Origin: Polyangiaceae bacterium
GTDB taxonomy: Bacteria; Myxococcota_A; Polyangia; Polyangiales; Polyangiaceae
Assembly: GCA_044376115.1 (NCBI GenBank)
Contig: JBILLK010000023.1
Coordinates: 1-64,000 of the forward strand
Direction: 5' to 3'
DNA: 64,000 nt
Part shown: positions 1 to 14,248 of the stretch, piece by piece
How the letters are laid out: each line of letters opens with the position of its first letter
How positions within the stretch are numbered: the first letter of the stretch is position 1
The notes under the pieces: generated by a model
Told to the model about the DNA's origin: nothing
Seen by the model: the letters and a program-made list of their open reading frames with translations, nothing else
Databases searched by the model: none
Translations under genes and position numbers: made by a program

Positions 1-7
1 AAAAAAT

Positions 8-124
8 CCCGGCAGCGTCCTACTCTCCCACTAAGTTTCCCTAGCAGTACCATCGGCTCCGAAGAGCTTAACTTCCGAGTTCGGAATGGGATCGGGTGTG
101 ACCTCTTCGATATCGCCACCGGAA
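8..124 (-). rRNA. rrf: 5S ribosomal RNA
   Basis: Reverse complement has 5S motifs (CCCGATCCCATTCCGAACTCGGAAGTTAAG, GATGGTACTG, GAGAGTAGG); ends approximate. Confidence 0.95.
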
Positions 125-363
125 GACGTGGGCCGCTAGCAACCTCCGTTGGGAGGAAGTGCGGAGCGTCCAGCTTCTCCGAGGAGAAGCGAGCTCGTTG
201 CCCGAGCGCTGTAGTCGAATCGTAATAGCGGATGTCGATACCCAGGTTGCGCGCGCATTCTGGGTCTTACCTTCACGAGGTTCCTTCTACGGAACACCGC
301 GATGGCGTTCGGCTCATCACCCGTTGGGTGGATGGCCCTTTTGGACGAGGCTTGCCTTTGAGG

Positions 364-3325
<2,962 letters not shown>

Positions 3326-3709
3326 TTACCCCAAAGGCACGTCTCGTCTCTTCTCGTTGGCGCTCTTGCGAGCTCTCCAACTCTCTTCATCCGCTACGGA
3401 TTCGACTCCAGCGCTCCGAAAACGAGCGCTCTTGTCTGCATGCAAACCTACATTTTTGCATGCTTGGACGCTGATTCATTCACTTGAATCAGTATCAATT
3501 CCCAACGCTCTCCGCCCATCGCGGAGTGCCTACACACCCACTCTTGCGGAGTGAATGCTGCGTTGGAAACGTCTTCCACTCGCTCACTGTGCGTCTTCAA
3601 CTTGCGTTGAATTCATCACAACTCGCTTGTGGTCTCACTAGATTGTCAATGTACGAGCCGCCTCGTGCACCCCGTCAGGGTATGCACTCAGTCGGAAAAT
3701 CTGTCGCTG

Positions 3710-3782
3710 TGGAGCTGAACGGGATCGAACCGATGACCTCAGGCTTGCAAAGCCCGCGCTCTCCCAGCTGAGCTACAGCCCC
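3710..3782 (-). tRNA. tRNA-Ala(TGC)
   Basis: GGGGCTGTAGCTCAGCTGGGAGAGC...TTGCAA...GGTTCGATCC...AGCTCCA cloverleaf in the 16S-23S spacer. Confidence 0.96.
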
Positions 3783-3940
3783 GTGTTTGTGGGGAGGTTC
3801 CTGAATCGTGATCGGCGTCACCGACCGCCTCGCGGCAGAATTTCTGCTGCTGCGAATCGGACTGCACCTTACGCCCACCAACACCCTCTAGAAGACAATC
3901 AACTAAGTTGATCGCCCAACCGGAGTCTCTGGTGTTGCGG

Positions 3941-4014
3941 TGGGCCAGGGCAGACTTGAACTGCCGACCTTACGCTTATCAGGCGTACGCTCTAACCACC
4001 TGAGCTACTGGCCC
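3941..4014 (-). tRNA. tRNA-Ile(GAT)
   Basis: GGGCCAGTAGCTCAGGTGGTTAGAGC...CTGATAA...GTTCAAGTC...TGGCCCA cloverleaf. Confidence 0.96.
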
Positions 4015-4028
4015 GATCTCGGCCCCTC

Positions 4029-5941
<1,913 letters not shown>

Positions 5942-5972
5942 CAAGGACCGAGTGCCGACGTTGCCGTCGGCG

Positions 5973-5994
5973 TTATCCACATCGCTGTGGATAA
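5973..5994. promoter_or_regulatory. Inverted pair of consensus DnaA boxes / hairpin in the rrn leader
   Basis: TTATCCACA-tcgc-TGTGGATAA. Confidence 0.5.
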
Positions 5995-6069
5995 CTTGTT
6001 GGCGCTTTCGCGCCTGCAGCTTCTTTCAGCTGCCCTCCGAGCCAACTCTTGGTCGTTTCGGGGAGGCGG

Positions 6070-6099
6070 ACTCTATTTCATCCGCCGGGTCGTTGTCAA
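6070..6099 (-). promoter_or_regulatory. rrn promoter (proximal), sigma70-type
   Basis: TTGACA-N18-TAGAGT followed by GC-rich discriminator CCGCCTCCC; A-rich upstream. Confidence 0.7.
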
Positions 6100-6174
6100 T
6101 CTCTTTTCTTCGACCCGTTTCTTTTTTTCCGCTTCGTTTCGTTTCCGTTTCCGGTTCGTTGCGAAGGGAGGCGA

Positions 6175-6203
6175 ACCTTATTCAGCGTTCGGGTCGTTGT
6201 CAA
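6175..6203 (-). promoter_or_regulatory. rrn promoter (distal), sigma70-type
   Basis: TTGACA-N17-TAAGGT followed by TCGCCTCCC; A-tract upstream. Confidence 0.75.
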
Positions 6204-6401
6204 AGACTTTTTTTCGACCCGTTTGCTTTTCGTTTCGCGCCGCCGTTGCCGGCGACGAGGCGTTAAGTAGGCGAGCCACCCCCCGCTTGCCAAGCCTTTT
6301 CTTTTTCTTCCCTAAACTATTTTTGGAAACCCCGGCAAACCGGCTTGAATGGTTCCGTAACTTACGGAGCACGGCCGCGCGGCGCTTCCGAGCGTGCCGC
6401 C

Positions 6402-7085
6402 TCAACGCAGAACTTCAACGGAATCACTAGCTCGAAGCGCAACCTCGAGCGGCTCGTCGGTGAACCAAAGCCCCGAGCGCTCGCACACGAGGTTGATCTC
6501 GGCGCCATTAGCGACGTGGATTCGAAAGCTTCGTTCACCTGGCGCGCCACCCACGTGGACGCCAAGCACGTCTGTTTTTACCCATCCTTCGTCGGTCGGT
6601 CCCCCAGGCTTCCGCAGAGCCAGCGGGCGAGAGCGAGCGGCCGTAAGAACGTCGACCCGATGCCACGCAAGCGGCGTCTCAACCACGAGGCCGGCTTCGA
6701 TCAGAATCCTCGAATGAGTCTCGGCGAGGAGACGCTCGCTTACGCAATGCGTTGCCATGGCTCGCAGCACCACCAATAGGCTGTAGTTCGGGTCGAGCAC
6801 CCGCACGTAGTAAGTGGACGTTGAAAGGTTGGCTGAAATGGAGCGCAACCCACGGCAGAAAGTCAGCCCGCGCGCCTCCGCAAGGGTGATCTGAAATGTC
6901 GCAGCGGCCACCCGCAGCTCGTAGGGATCGACGTCCCCCGCGTAGTCCACGGTTTCGCCCTCGAAGTCGAAGACGGCTGCCCCGCGCGCGAACGGCACGA
7001 GATCCAAGAACTCCTGAAGGATGACGTTGAACGGGCTCTCGTCCTGATCGCGCTTCGGTCGTGGTTTGCGGCGGAATACCTTCAT
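6402..7085 (-). CDS. Hypothetical protein with roadblock/LC7-like N-terminal domain
   Basis: ILQEFLDLVPFARGAAVFDFEGETVDYAG resembles the roadblock fold pattern; 4-nt overlap with the upstream gene. Confidence 0.55.
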   Translation of the reverse strand: MKVFRRKPRPKRDQDESPFNVILQEFLDLVPFARGAAVFDFEGETVDYAGDVDPYELRVAAATFQITLAEARGLTFCRGLRSISANLSTSTYYVRVLDPNYSLLVVLRAMATHCVSERLLAETHSRILIEAGLVVETPLAWHRVDVLTAARSRPLALRKPGGPTDEGWVKTDVLGVHVGGAPGERSFRIHVANGAEINLVCERSGLWFTDEPLEVALRASDSVEVLR

Positions 7086-8068
7086 TGCGACCCGCGCGCG
7101 CTAACCAGCGACAGTGCTTCATCAACCGCCGGGTCGAATTCCGCCGGAGTGGCTCGACGTAACCGCGTTAGCGTGTTCTCGAGTTCCATCCCCGCTCGCG
7201 CAGCAACGATGTCCGAGCCAAAACGCTCAACCAGTTCTTGACGAGAGAGCTGACTACTGGGCAACCGGGAGAGCAACAGAACGACGTGATAGCCAAAGCT
7301 CGATCGGATGGTGTCGGACAAGTCCCCCCGCTCTTTGAGCTTTGAGATACCCGCCACAAATAACGGATCCATCGAGCCTCGGTCTGGAGTGATGGTGCGA
7401 CCATCCGACCCAATCGGCGGCAGTTGCTCCACTTTTACCGAGAGGCCTTGAGCGTCTACAGCTTGAACAGCCCGCGCGAACACATCCGAAGCAGGATCGG
7501 TCGGAAATTTCGTCGTGCCTGGATTCGGTAGATAGTTCGGCGCTGAGGTTGACTTAACCTTGGCCACCGCTTCCCCGAGCCCTGCGCGTAGCTGCCCTGC
7601 AAGCGCACGAGCCTTGGAGTCTGCTGAAGAGCCCTCTGGCTCAGCCGATAGGACAACAGCGTGAAGAACCACTCTCGCTTCCGCTCGGTCAACCTCAAGC
7701 CAGTTGGCCTCAGCGAACTGTGCCACCTCTGCATCGGTCGGTGCCCCCAGTCCGCGCGCGAGAGCAGCGTGTTCATCGAACAAGGCCCGAGCATAGAAGT
7801 GGGAAGCAGAGCGGCCCGCTTTCCAATCGAGGCCGCGGGCACGCGCCTCGATTGCACAAAGCGCATCGAACACGCTTCGATCGAGGGACGACTGAGCGGA
7901 GAGCCCCTGCGCCCGCATCACGCGTTCGACGTTCTCAACCGTGATGGCTTCGGAATCGATCTGAGCCACCACGTTCTCCCGAAGGTTCGCGGCGGAGGGC
8001 GCTGGTTCGCGGCTATTGCAAGCCAAACCAAGTGACCCCAAGAGGACCGCTCCCCTTCCCCAGTTCAT
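7082..8068 (-). CDS. Parvulin/PpiC-type peptidyl-prolyl isomerase lipoprotein
   Basis: Lipobox LAC; MDPLFV...GDLSDTIRSSFGYHVVLL rotamase motif. Confidence 0.75.
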   Translation of the reverse strand: MNWGRGAVLLGSLGLACNSREPAPSAANLRENVVAQIDSEAITVENVERVMRAQGLSAQSSLDRSVFDALCAIEARARGLDWKAGRSASHFYARALFDEHAALARGLGAPTDAEVAQFAEANWLEVDRAEARVVLHAVVLSAEPEGSSADSKARALAGQLRAGLGEAVAKVKSTSAPNYLPNPGTTKFPTDPASDVFARAVQAVDAQGLSVKVEQLPPIGSDGRTITPDRGSMDPLFVAGISKLKERGDLSDTIRSSFGYHVVLLLSRLPSSQLSRQELVERFGSDIVAARAGMELENTLTRLRRATPAEFDPAVDEALSLVSARGSQ

Positions 8069-8280
8069 GCAGCGTTGCCCCGAGGTCGCAGGATCTCGGT
8101 GCTAGCGCGGAGTGAGAGCCCGCCAATCACGAGGAGGTAGATCGCGCGAACGTCCTCAAGCTTCTGCAGGGCGTCCACACCGAACGCAAAGGCGGCTCCG
8201 GCAACGAGAAACAGGAAGATGGCTAGAGCGTCAACAAGTCGGCCCAATGTACGGGCAAACATAGCGCCCTCTTTAGTCAC
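8065..8280 (-). CDS. Small two-TM membrane protein
   Basis: Two hydrophobic helices; overlaps both neighbours. Confidence 0.65.
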   Translation of the reverse strand: MTKEGAMFARTLGRLVDALAIFLFLVAGAAFAFGVDALQKLEDVRAIYLLVIGGLSLRASTEILRPRGNAA

Positions 8281-9019
8281 GCCTCAAGATCAACAACGCG
8301 GCCCCCAAAAGAGCCGCACCAGCAAGCATGAGCAGCGCGCGAACGGCAGACTTCGGTAGCTCAACCGATGGCGCCCGGCTTTTCCCTCGGCCCACCGCGA
8401 TGTTACCGGCAACCGTAACCATCGCAGCACCGAGGCCGACTGCGCACACCTGCGCCAGTAGCGCTCGCGAACTGTCGCGCACCTGAAAGGCCAAAACAAC
8501 GAGAGCCGCCGCGCAAAGAACGCCTACCCCTGCGATCGGTACTGCTAGGGACGGCAGCTGCGCACGAGCCCGAAGCGAAGCGCCGAGGTCTTCCGTTTCC
8601 GCGTTCGGTCGGAATCGCCACGGCTCACCCCAAGAGAAGGCGAATACCATCCAGGCAACGGACCCCGTAACCGCCAACACCAAGTCAACACGTGCGACGT
8701 CCAAACTCGGAGATAGCAGGAGCCAACTGGACGCCGTGAGGGCAAGGAAGGCCGAAATCCCAACATGGCGACCAACCCGCCGGCGACTCGGAACCAGAAG
8801 TGGCCCCAACACACCCGCAAGCAGCGCGACAACCGCAACCCCACGTGCCGCCCATCCACCCGCGCGACTGAAAGCAAAGGGTGCGACGGTTACAGCCCAA
8901 GCAAATAGGGCACACACCATCCGTTGCAACACCCCCGGTTCTCGAAGAGGTGAGCGGGCCTCACCGGCGACGTTCGAGGCGAGACTTCCGTCGCTGCTCA
9001 GTGCGGCGCCCTCCTTCAC
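8273..9019 (-). CDS. Multi-pass membrane protein
   Basis: About 7 hydrophobic segments; 4-nt overlap with ttcA. Confidence 0.7.
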   Translation of the reverse strand: MKEGAALSSDGSLASNVAGEARSPLREPGVLQRMVCALFAWAVTVAPFAFSRAGGWAARGVAVVALLAGVLGPLLVPSRRRVGRHVGISAFLALTASSWLLLSPSLDVARVDLVLAVTGSVAWMVFAFSWGEPWRFRPNAETEDLGASLRARAQLPSLAVPIAGVGVLCAAALVVLAFQVRDSSRALLAQVCAVGLGAAMVTVAGNIAVGRGKSRAPSVELPKSAVRALLMLAGAALLGAALLILRRD

Positions 9020-9918
9020 GAGACTCCGCGTTGTGTAGGCCGAACCAGGGATTCAACTGAAATGAGCGGACGATCTGCGTCCACGACCGGCGCTTCAGCT
9101 GGCGGAGCGTTGAGTCCTTCGCCGTCTGGAGGAGCAATCGTAAGCCCAAGCGACTGCCACAACTTTCTGTCGAACAGGTGCGTTGGGCGCACGTTCATCA
9201 GCGCGGCCAGCATACTCTCGCGCACGCCGGGAGCCTTTTGCTCAAGCTGTTCGAGAAGCAAGCTCATCTGCTTGCGCTGTAGATTCTCTTGGGAGCCGCA
9301 TAGGTCGCAAGGGAGGATCGGAAAACCCTTCTCACTAGAGAAGCGCGCGATGTCCTTCTCTGCGCAGTAGATCAGCGGGCGAATCACGATGTTTTTGCCG
9401 TCATCAGCGAAGAGCTTTGGCGGCATCGCTTTGAGCTGACCTGAGAACGTCAGGTTGAGTAACAGGGTCACGAGCGCGTCATCCCGGTGGTGTCCGAGCG
9501 CGATCTTGGTGCAGCCCATCTCCTGTGCGAGCGTGTAAAGGATGCCCCGGCGCAACCGGGAGCAGAGCGAACAGTACGTCTTCCCCTCGGGAACCTTCGA
9601 GGTAACGATGCTGTAAGTATCTTCACTCACGAGCCGAAACTCGTGACCCTTATCCCGCATGTAGTCGACGAGTATGTGCGCCGGATAGCCTGGATGGCCT
9701 TGATCGAGATTGACCGCCGTAACCCTGAACTTCACCGGAGAGCGGGGAGCCAGCTCGGTCAAGAGGTGGTGCATCGTGTAGCTGTCTTTGCCCCCCGACA
9801 CGGCGCAAAGAATGTGATCCCCCTCCTGAATCAGCGCAAAGTCGGCTATCGCGCGGCCCATCGCCCGCGCGAGCTTCTTGTCAAGGTTGGGCTCTTGCAC
9901 CCGCTCTCGATGGGTCAT
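9016..9918 (-). CDS. ttcA: tRNA 2-thiocytidine(32) synthetase
   Basis: PP-loop SGGKDS, CSLCSRLRRG, GHHRDD, PCDLCGSQ; ATG at 9918 overlaps the pepA stop. Confidence 0.93.
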   Translation of the reverse strand: MTHRERVQEPNLDKKLARAMGRAIADFALIQEGDHILCAVSGGKDSYTMHHLLTELAPRSPVKFRVTAVNLDQGHPGYPAHILVDYMRDKGHEFRLVSEDTYSIVTSKVPEGKTYCSLCSRLRRGILYTLAQEMGCTKIALGHHRDDALVTLLLNLTFSGQLKAMPPKLFADDGKNIVIRPLIYCAEKDIARFSSEKGFPILPCDLCGSQENLQRKQMSLLLEQLEQKAPGVRESMLAALMNVRPTHLFDRKLWQSLGLTIAPPDGEGLNAPPAEAPVVDADRPLISVESLVRPTQRGVS

Positions 9919-11396
9919 CCCGAGTAAGCCTCGATCAGCTTGAGGAACGTGAGCACTCCGTGGCCGGTCCCGCCCTTCGGATGAATACCGTAGGCGCGGT
10001 GAGCAGAGGATGGGCCAGCGATGTCCACGTGAACCCAAGGCGTCTGTCCAACGAACTCGCGCAGGAAGAGAGCTGCCGTAATTGAACCGCCCCAACGATC
10101 TGCCGTGTGCTTGAGATCGGCCCAGTCGCTCTTGAGCCCCTCTCGCAGCTCATCAAGGAGTGGCATGTGCCACATCGATTCGCCAGCAGCAGCAGCCGCT
10201 CGCTTGACTGACTCTGCGATCTCGTCCGAGGAGGCGTAGTAACCGCTGGTGAGGTTACCAAGCGCGACCATGCAAGCGCCTGTCAGCGTGGCGTTATCCA
10301 CCATCAGGTCGGGTTTGAGCTCCCGCCCGTACGCGAGAACGTCAGCCAGCACGAGCCGACCCTCTGCATCGGTGTTGATGATCTCAACGAACTTGCCGTC
10401 GAGAGACCCAAAGATATCGCCCGGCCGGTAGGCAGCTCCATCCGGCATGTTCTCAACCGCGCCAATCAACCCGTGGACTTCAACCGGAGGCTTGATCACG
10501 GCGAGCGCTGCCATGAGTGCGGCGACGTTCGCCCCGCCGCCCATGTCGCCTTTCATGTCTTCCATGCCAGGAGCGGGCTTGATGCAGATGCCACCGGTGT
10601 CGAACGTCAGGCCCTTGCCAACGAACACCAGCTTCTTCTTCGGCTTGCCGGCCGGGGTGTAGACCATGTGGATCAGACGAGGGTCGCGCGCGCTACCCTG
10701 GGCAACGGCCAACATCAGCTTCATACCGCGTTTGGCGAGGGCGGCCTTGTCGAGAACGGTGCATTTCAAGCCCCGCTCTTTGCACATCTCCTGGCAGAAC
10801 TTCGCGAAGGACTCGGGGTACAACTCGTTGGGGGGCTCGTTGATGAGGTCGCGCGCGATGCCGATCGCTTCACCGATCTTCTGACCAACCTCCAGGTCAA
10901 CCCGGTCTTGTTTGCTGATGCGGCTGCCCGGCACCAGGGTGACCTTGTCGAGCGGGGCTTTGGGTCCGCGATCGGCAGTGAAGTACTTACCGAAGCGGTA
11001 TGCGCCTAACACGACGCCCTCTGCAGCAGCGCGAACACCGCCGTCTACCTCGGGCACCTGAAAGACCAAGCTGCTGACCTTGCTGTTTTGGGCCGCGCGC
11101 GCTGTCTTCGCTGCGAGCGTACGGATGTAGGAGGTCGTTAGACTTCCGCTCCCTGCGCCCAGCACCAGTACCCGCGCGGGCTTGAGCAAGCCGTTAGTCG
11201 TAAATTCGATCGACTGATCCTTTTTCCCAGTGAACTCGTCGCGCTTCAGCATCTTGGCAACCACCGGCCCCAACGCTTTGGACAAGGTCGCCAGCGGGCC
11301 TGACTTTGTGGTTGAGCCTTCAGGTACCACGACAATCGTGAGGTCCGCGGCAACGCTGAGGGGGTCCGACGTGGACAGCGAGAGCTTCAGAGACAT
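9915..11396 (-). CDS. pepA: Leucyl aminopeptidase (M17)
   Basis: VGKGLTFDTGG, MKGDM, NTDAEGRL, WVHVDIAG. Confidence 0.95.
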   Translation of the reverse strand: MSLKLSLSTSDPLSVAADLTIVVVPEGSTTKSGPLATLSKALGPVVAKMLKRDEFTGKKDQSIEFTTNGLLKPARVLVLGAGSGSLTTSYIRTLAAKTARAAQNSKVSSLVFQVPEVDGGVRAAAEGVVLGAYRFGKYFTADRGPKAPLDKVTLVPGSRISKQDRVDLEVGQKIGEAIGIARDLINEPPNELYPESFAKFCQEMCKERGLKCTVLDKAALAKRGMKLMLAVAQGSARDPRLIHMVYTPAGKPKKKLVFVGKGLTFDTGGICIKPAPGMEDMKGDMGGGANVAALMAALAVIKPPVEVHGLIGAVENMPDGAAYRPGDIFGSLDGKFVEIINTDAEGRLVLADVLAYGRELKPDLMVDNATLTGACMVALGNLTSGYYASSDEIAESVKRAAAAAGESMWHMPLLDELREGLKSDWADLKHTADRWGGSITAALFLREFVGQTPWVHVDIAGPSSAHRAYGIHPKGGTGHGVLTFLKLIEAYSG

Positions 11397-11533
11397 GAAC
11401 GACTCCTCGATGAGCGATGAACGAAACGTGCAAGCCGCACCTGGTGCAGCGCAGGCGGGGAGAGCCTAGTACATCCGGCGAGAAGTTTCTTCCCGAACTC
11501 CACGCACCTCGGATCCCGTGATAAGCCGGGAGC

Positions 11534-12553
11534 ATGAGCCTGACTCCCCCGACCCGAACCGGGATGACCCTCGAGACCTTCATCATGGAAGGCATGCTTG
11601 GGGTTCCTGCAGCAACTGGAGCCTTCACCTCGCTGCTCAACCAGATTGCCTTCGCGGCCAAATTGGTAACCAGCCAAGTGCGACGCGCCGGGCTTGCCAA
11701 CGTGCTTGGGTATACCGGGGTAGTCAACGTGCAAGGCGAGCAGGTGATGAAGCTGGATGAACTCGCGAATGAGACGCTCATCACCGCGCTCGCACGACGC
11801 GGGCACTGTGCGGCCGTAGCGAGCGAGGAGCTCGAAGACATCCACTTCCTGACGAACGATCAGCGTGCGCGCTACGTGGTGATGTTTGACCCGCTCGACG
11901 GATCGTCGAACATTGACGTGAACATTTCTATCGGCACGATCTTCGGGGTGCTGCGGAGGGCGGAGGGAGAGGATGTCAGCGCGAGCACGTTCCTCAAGCC
12001 CGGGCGCGAACTCGCCGCCGCAGGCTACGTGATCTACGGCTCATCAACGATGGTCGTGCTGTCGACCGGTCGCGAGAAGGGCGTTCACGGCTTCACTTAT
12101 GATCCTTCCGTCGGCGAGTTCTTCCTAAGTCACGAGAACATTCGTATTCCTGAGCAGGGCGCCACGTACTCAATCAATGAAGGGAACCACGCCAGATGGA
12201 GCGAACCGGTGAAGCGGTGGAACACCTGGATCAAGGGAGTTGGTGAGGGCGACGGGCGTCCCTACGGCAGCCGCTACGTGGGAACCCTCGTCGCAGACGC
12301 CCACCGCACTCTGCTCAAGGGCGGAATCTTCGCGTACCCAGTGGACGCCAAGAGCCCGAACGGCAAACTAAGGTTGCTTTACGAGGCCAACCCTTTTGCC
12401 TTCCTTGTCGAAGCGGCGGGTGGTGCAGCAACGAACGGTACGGAGCGCATTCTTGACCTCGAACCGACCTCGCTGCACCAGCGCACCTCGCTTGTGCTGG
12501 GCTCTCGGCGCGACGTAGACACCTTCGCAAGTTTCATGCGTGGCGAGAGATGA
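11534..12553 (+). CDS. fbp: Class 1 fructose-1,6-bisphosphatase
   Basis: FDPLDGSSNIDVN, RYVGTLVAD, GKLRLLYEANP. Confidence 0.95.
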   Translation: MSLTPPTRTGMTLETFIMEGMLGVPAATGAFTSLLNQIAFAAKLVTSQVRRAGLANVLGYTGVVNVQGEQVMKLDELANETLITALARRGHCAAVASEELEDIHFLTNDQRARYVVMFDPLDGSSNIDVNISIGTIFGVLRRAEGEDVSASTFLKPGRELAAAGYVIYGSSTMVVLSTGREKGVHGFTYDPSVGEFFLSHENIRIPEQGATYSINEGNHARWSEPVKRWNTWIKGVGEGDGRPYGSRYVGTLVADAHRTLLKGGIFAYPVDAKSPNGKLRLLYEANPFAFLVEAAGGAATNGTERILDLEPTSLHQRTSLVLGSRRDVDTFASFMRGER

Positions 12554-13110
12554 GGCGGCACGCGCTGCTTGTAGCTGCAGCGCTGCTGGCACGTCACGGC
12601 GCCTTTGCGAGCGAACCGGAAGAGGCTCCAGGACCAGCGGCAAGCGCAAGTGCTCCTTCCGAGCTGCCGGCGGAAACGCAATTTGACGAGCGAGGACTCG
12701 GGCCAGTCGATATCGCCCCCCCGAGGCCGCTGGATGAAGGGTTTTGCGGCGAGTGCGTAGCAATCGGCACCGGAGTTGGCATCGTCCTTTTGGGCATACC
12801 GTTCGTTGCGCTTTCCGAGATTGCCCGGCACCGCAAAGAGTCTCTCGACGCGTGGGTAACATCCCAAGGGCAAAACGCGGACCTCGGGTTTGCTCCCGGC
12901 TATGGCTTTGCCCGCGCGGACACCGAGCAGACCCGCTTCCTCATTGCAGGGATCACCACGCTAGGGCTCGGAGCCGCAACCATCTTGACGACCGCGATCG
13001 TCATTGCGGTTCAGAAGCCAGGGGGTCGCTCGTTGGCGTCTCAGCCAGCACCGTTGAGTGTGACCCCGATGCTGGCTCCCGGCGGCTTCATGTTGCGTGG
13101 CAGCTTCTAG
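12550..13110 (+). CDS. Hypothetical exported/membrane protein
   Basis: Signal peptide, two hydrophobic helices, C-terminal ...LRGSF. Confidence 0.6.
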   Translation: MRRHALLVAAALLARHGAFASEPEEAPGPAASASAPSELPAETQFDERGLGPVDIAPPRPLDEGFCGECVAIGTGVGIVLLGIPFVALSEIARHRKESLDAWVTSQGQNADLGFAPGYGFARADTEQTRFLIAGITTLGLGAATILTTAIVIAVQKPGGRSLASQPAPLSVTPMLAPGGFMLRGSF

Positions 13111-13119
13111 AGCAACCGT

Positions 13120-14178
13120 TCAGACGCGAAAGATTGCCGAGCCCCAGGTAAATCCTGCGCCAAACACGGTGGAGAGGATCAGATCTCCTTTCTTTACGGT
13201 TCCGGCCTTGCGGTGGTGATCAATGGTCAGGGGAACCGTGGCTGCCGTCGTGTTGCCGTACAACTGAATGGTGTTGAGGACCTTGCTCGTCGGAATCTCA
13301 GCATATTGAACCACCGCTTCGTTGATGCGGAGGTTGGCCTGATGAGGAACGAACCAGTTGATGTCATCCCACGTCAAGCCGGTCTCTTTGAGTGCTCGCT
13401 GGGTGGCGACGACCATGTTGCGCACCGCATTGAGAAAGACCTTCTTTCCGTTCATCTGCGGGTACTTGATCTGGTTCTCGTCGCGATTGTTCGCATCGTA
13501 CCAAACGTAAGGCACGTGACCGATCTCAAAGACCTTGAGGTAGAGGTCCATCGCGCCGGAGCCGTCGGCCTGACAATGGGTGTAAAGGATGCCCGACCGG
13601 CTGTCATCCGATTCGCTGGCGCCGATCACGGCCGCGCCTGCGCCATCGCCAAAAAGCACCATCACGTCACGACCGCGGGTGGTGAAGTCGAGCGAATGAC
13701 TGTGGAGCTCAGCGCCGACGAGGAGGATCTTCTTGTAGACTCCGGCACGAACGAACGCGTCGGCCATCTGCATGCCGTAGATGAACCCCGAGCATTGCTG
13801 ACGAATGTCGTAAGCCGCACAGCCGTCCTCTCCGTCCACCTTGAGCTTGGACTGAAGAAACACCGCACTTCCGGGGAAGTGGATGTCAGGCGATAGGGTC
13901 GCAAAAATGATGCAGTCGATGTCCTTCGCGGTGAGGTTTGCGTCGGCTAAGGCTGCCTGCGCCGCACGCAGACCAAGATCGCTACAGGTCGTCTTGCCGT
14001 CGTTGTCGACATAGCGACGCTGCTCAATGCCGGTGCGCGCCCGAATCCACTCGTCGTTCGTCTCGGTCTGGATGGTGTCGCGGCGCTCATGCTTGTCATC
14101 AAGGAATCGCAGCTCGTCGTTGGTGACGATGCGTTCGGGAACGTAGCTTCCGAGTCCAAGGATTTGTGCGCGCAACAT
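13120..14178 (-). CDS. fabH: 3-oxoacyl-ACP synthase III family
   Basis: QQCSGF (Cys), VPHQAN (His), YGNT (Asn), FGAGFTWG. Confidence 0.9.
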   Translation of the reverse strand: MLRAQILGLGSYVPERIVTNDELRFLDDKHERRDTIQTETNDEWIRARTGIEQRRYVDNDGKTTCSDLGLRAAQAALADANLTAKDIDCIIFATLSPDIHFPGSAVFLQSKLKVDGEDGCAAYDIRQQCSGFIYGMQMADAFVRAGVYKKILLVGAELHSHSLDFTTRGRDVMVLFGDGAGAAVIGASESDDSRSGILYTHCQADGSGAMDLYLKVFEIGHVPYVWYDANNRDENQIKYPQMNGKKVFLNAVRNMVVATQRALKETGLTWDDINWFVPHQANLRINEAVVQYAEIPTSKVLNTIQLYGNTTAATVPLTIDHHRKAGTVKKGDLILSTVFGAGFTWGSAIFRV

Positions 14179-14248
14179 GAATGTGACTTACACGAGCTAA
14201 CGCCGTGCCGGAAGAGAGGGCGCATCGCGATTTGGGGTGGTGCGTAAC

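Noticed and set aside
125..363. Separate ncRNA in the 23S-5S spacer (also the 3326-3709 spacer)
   Set aside because: Only short hairpins and processing stems; no tRNA cloverleaf or known RNA motif
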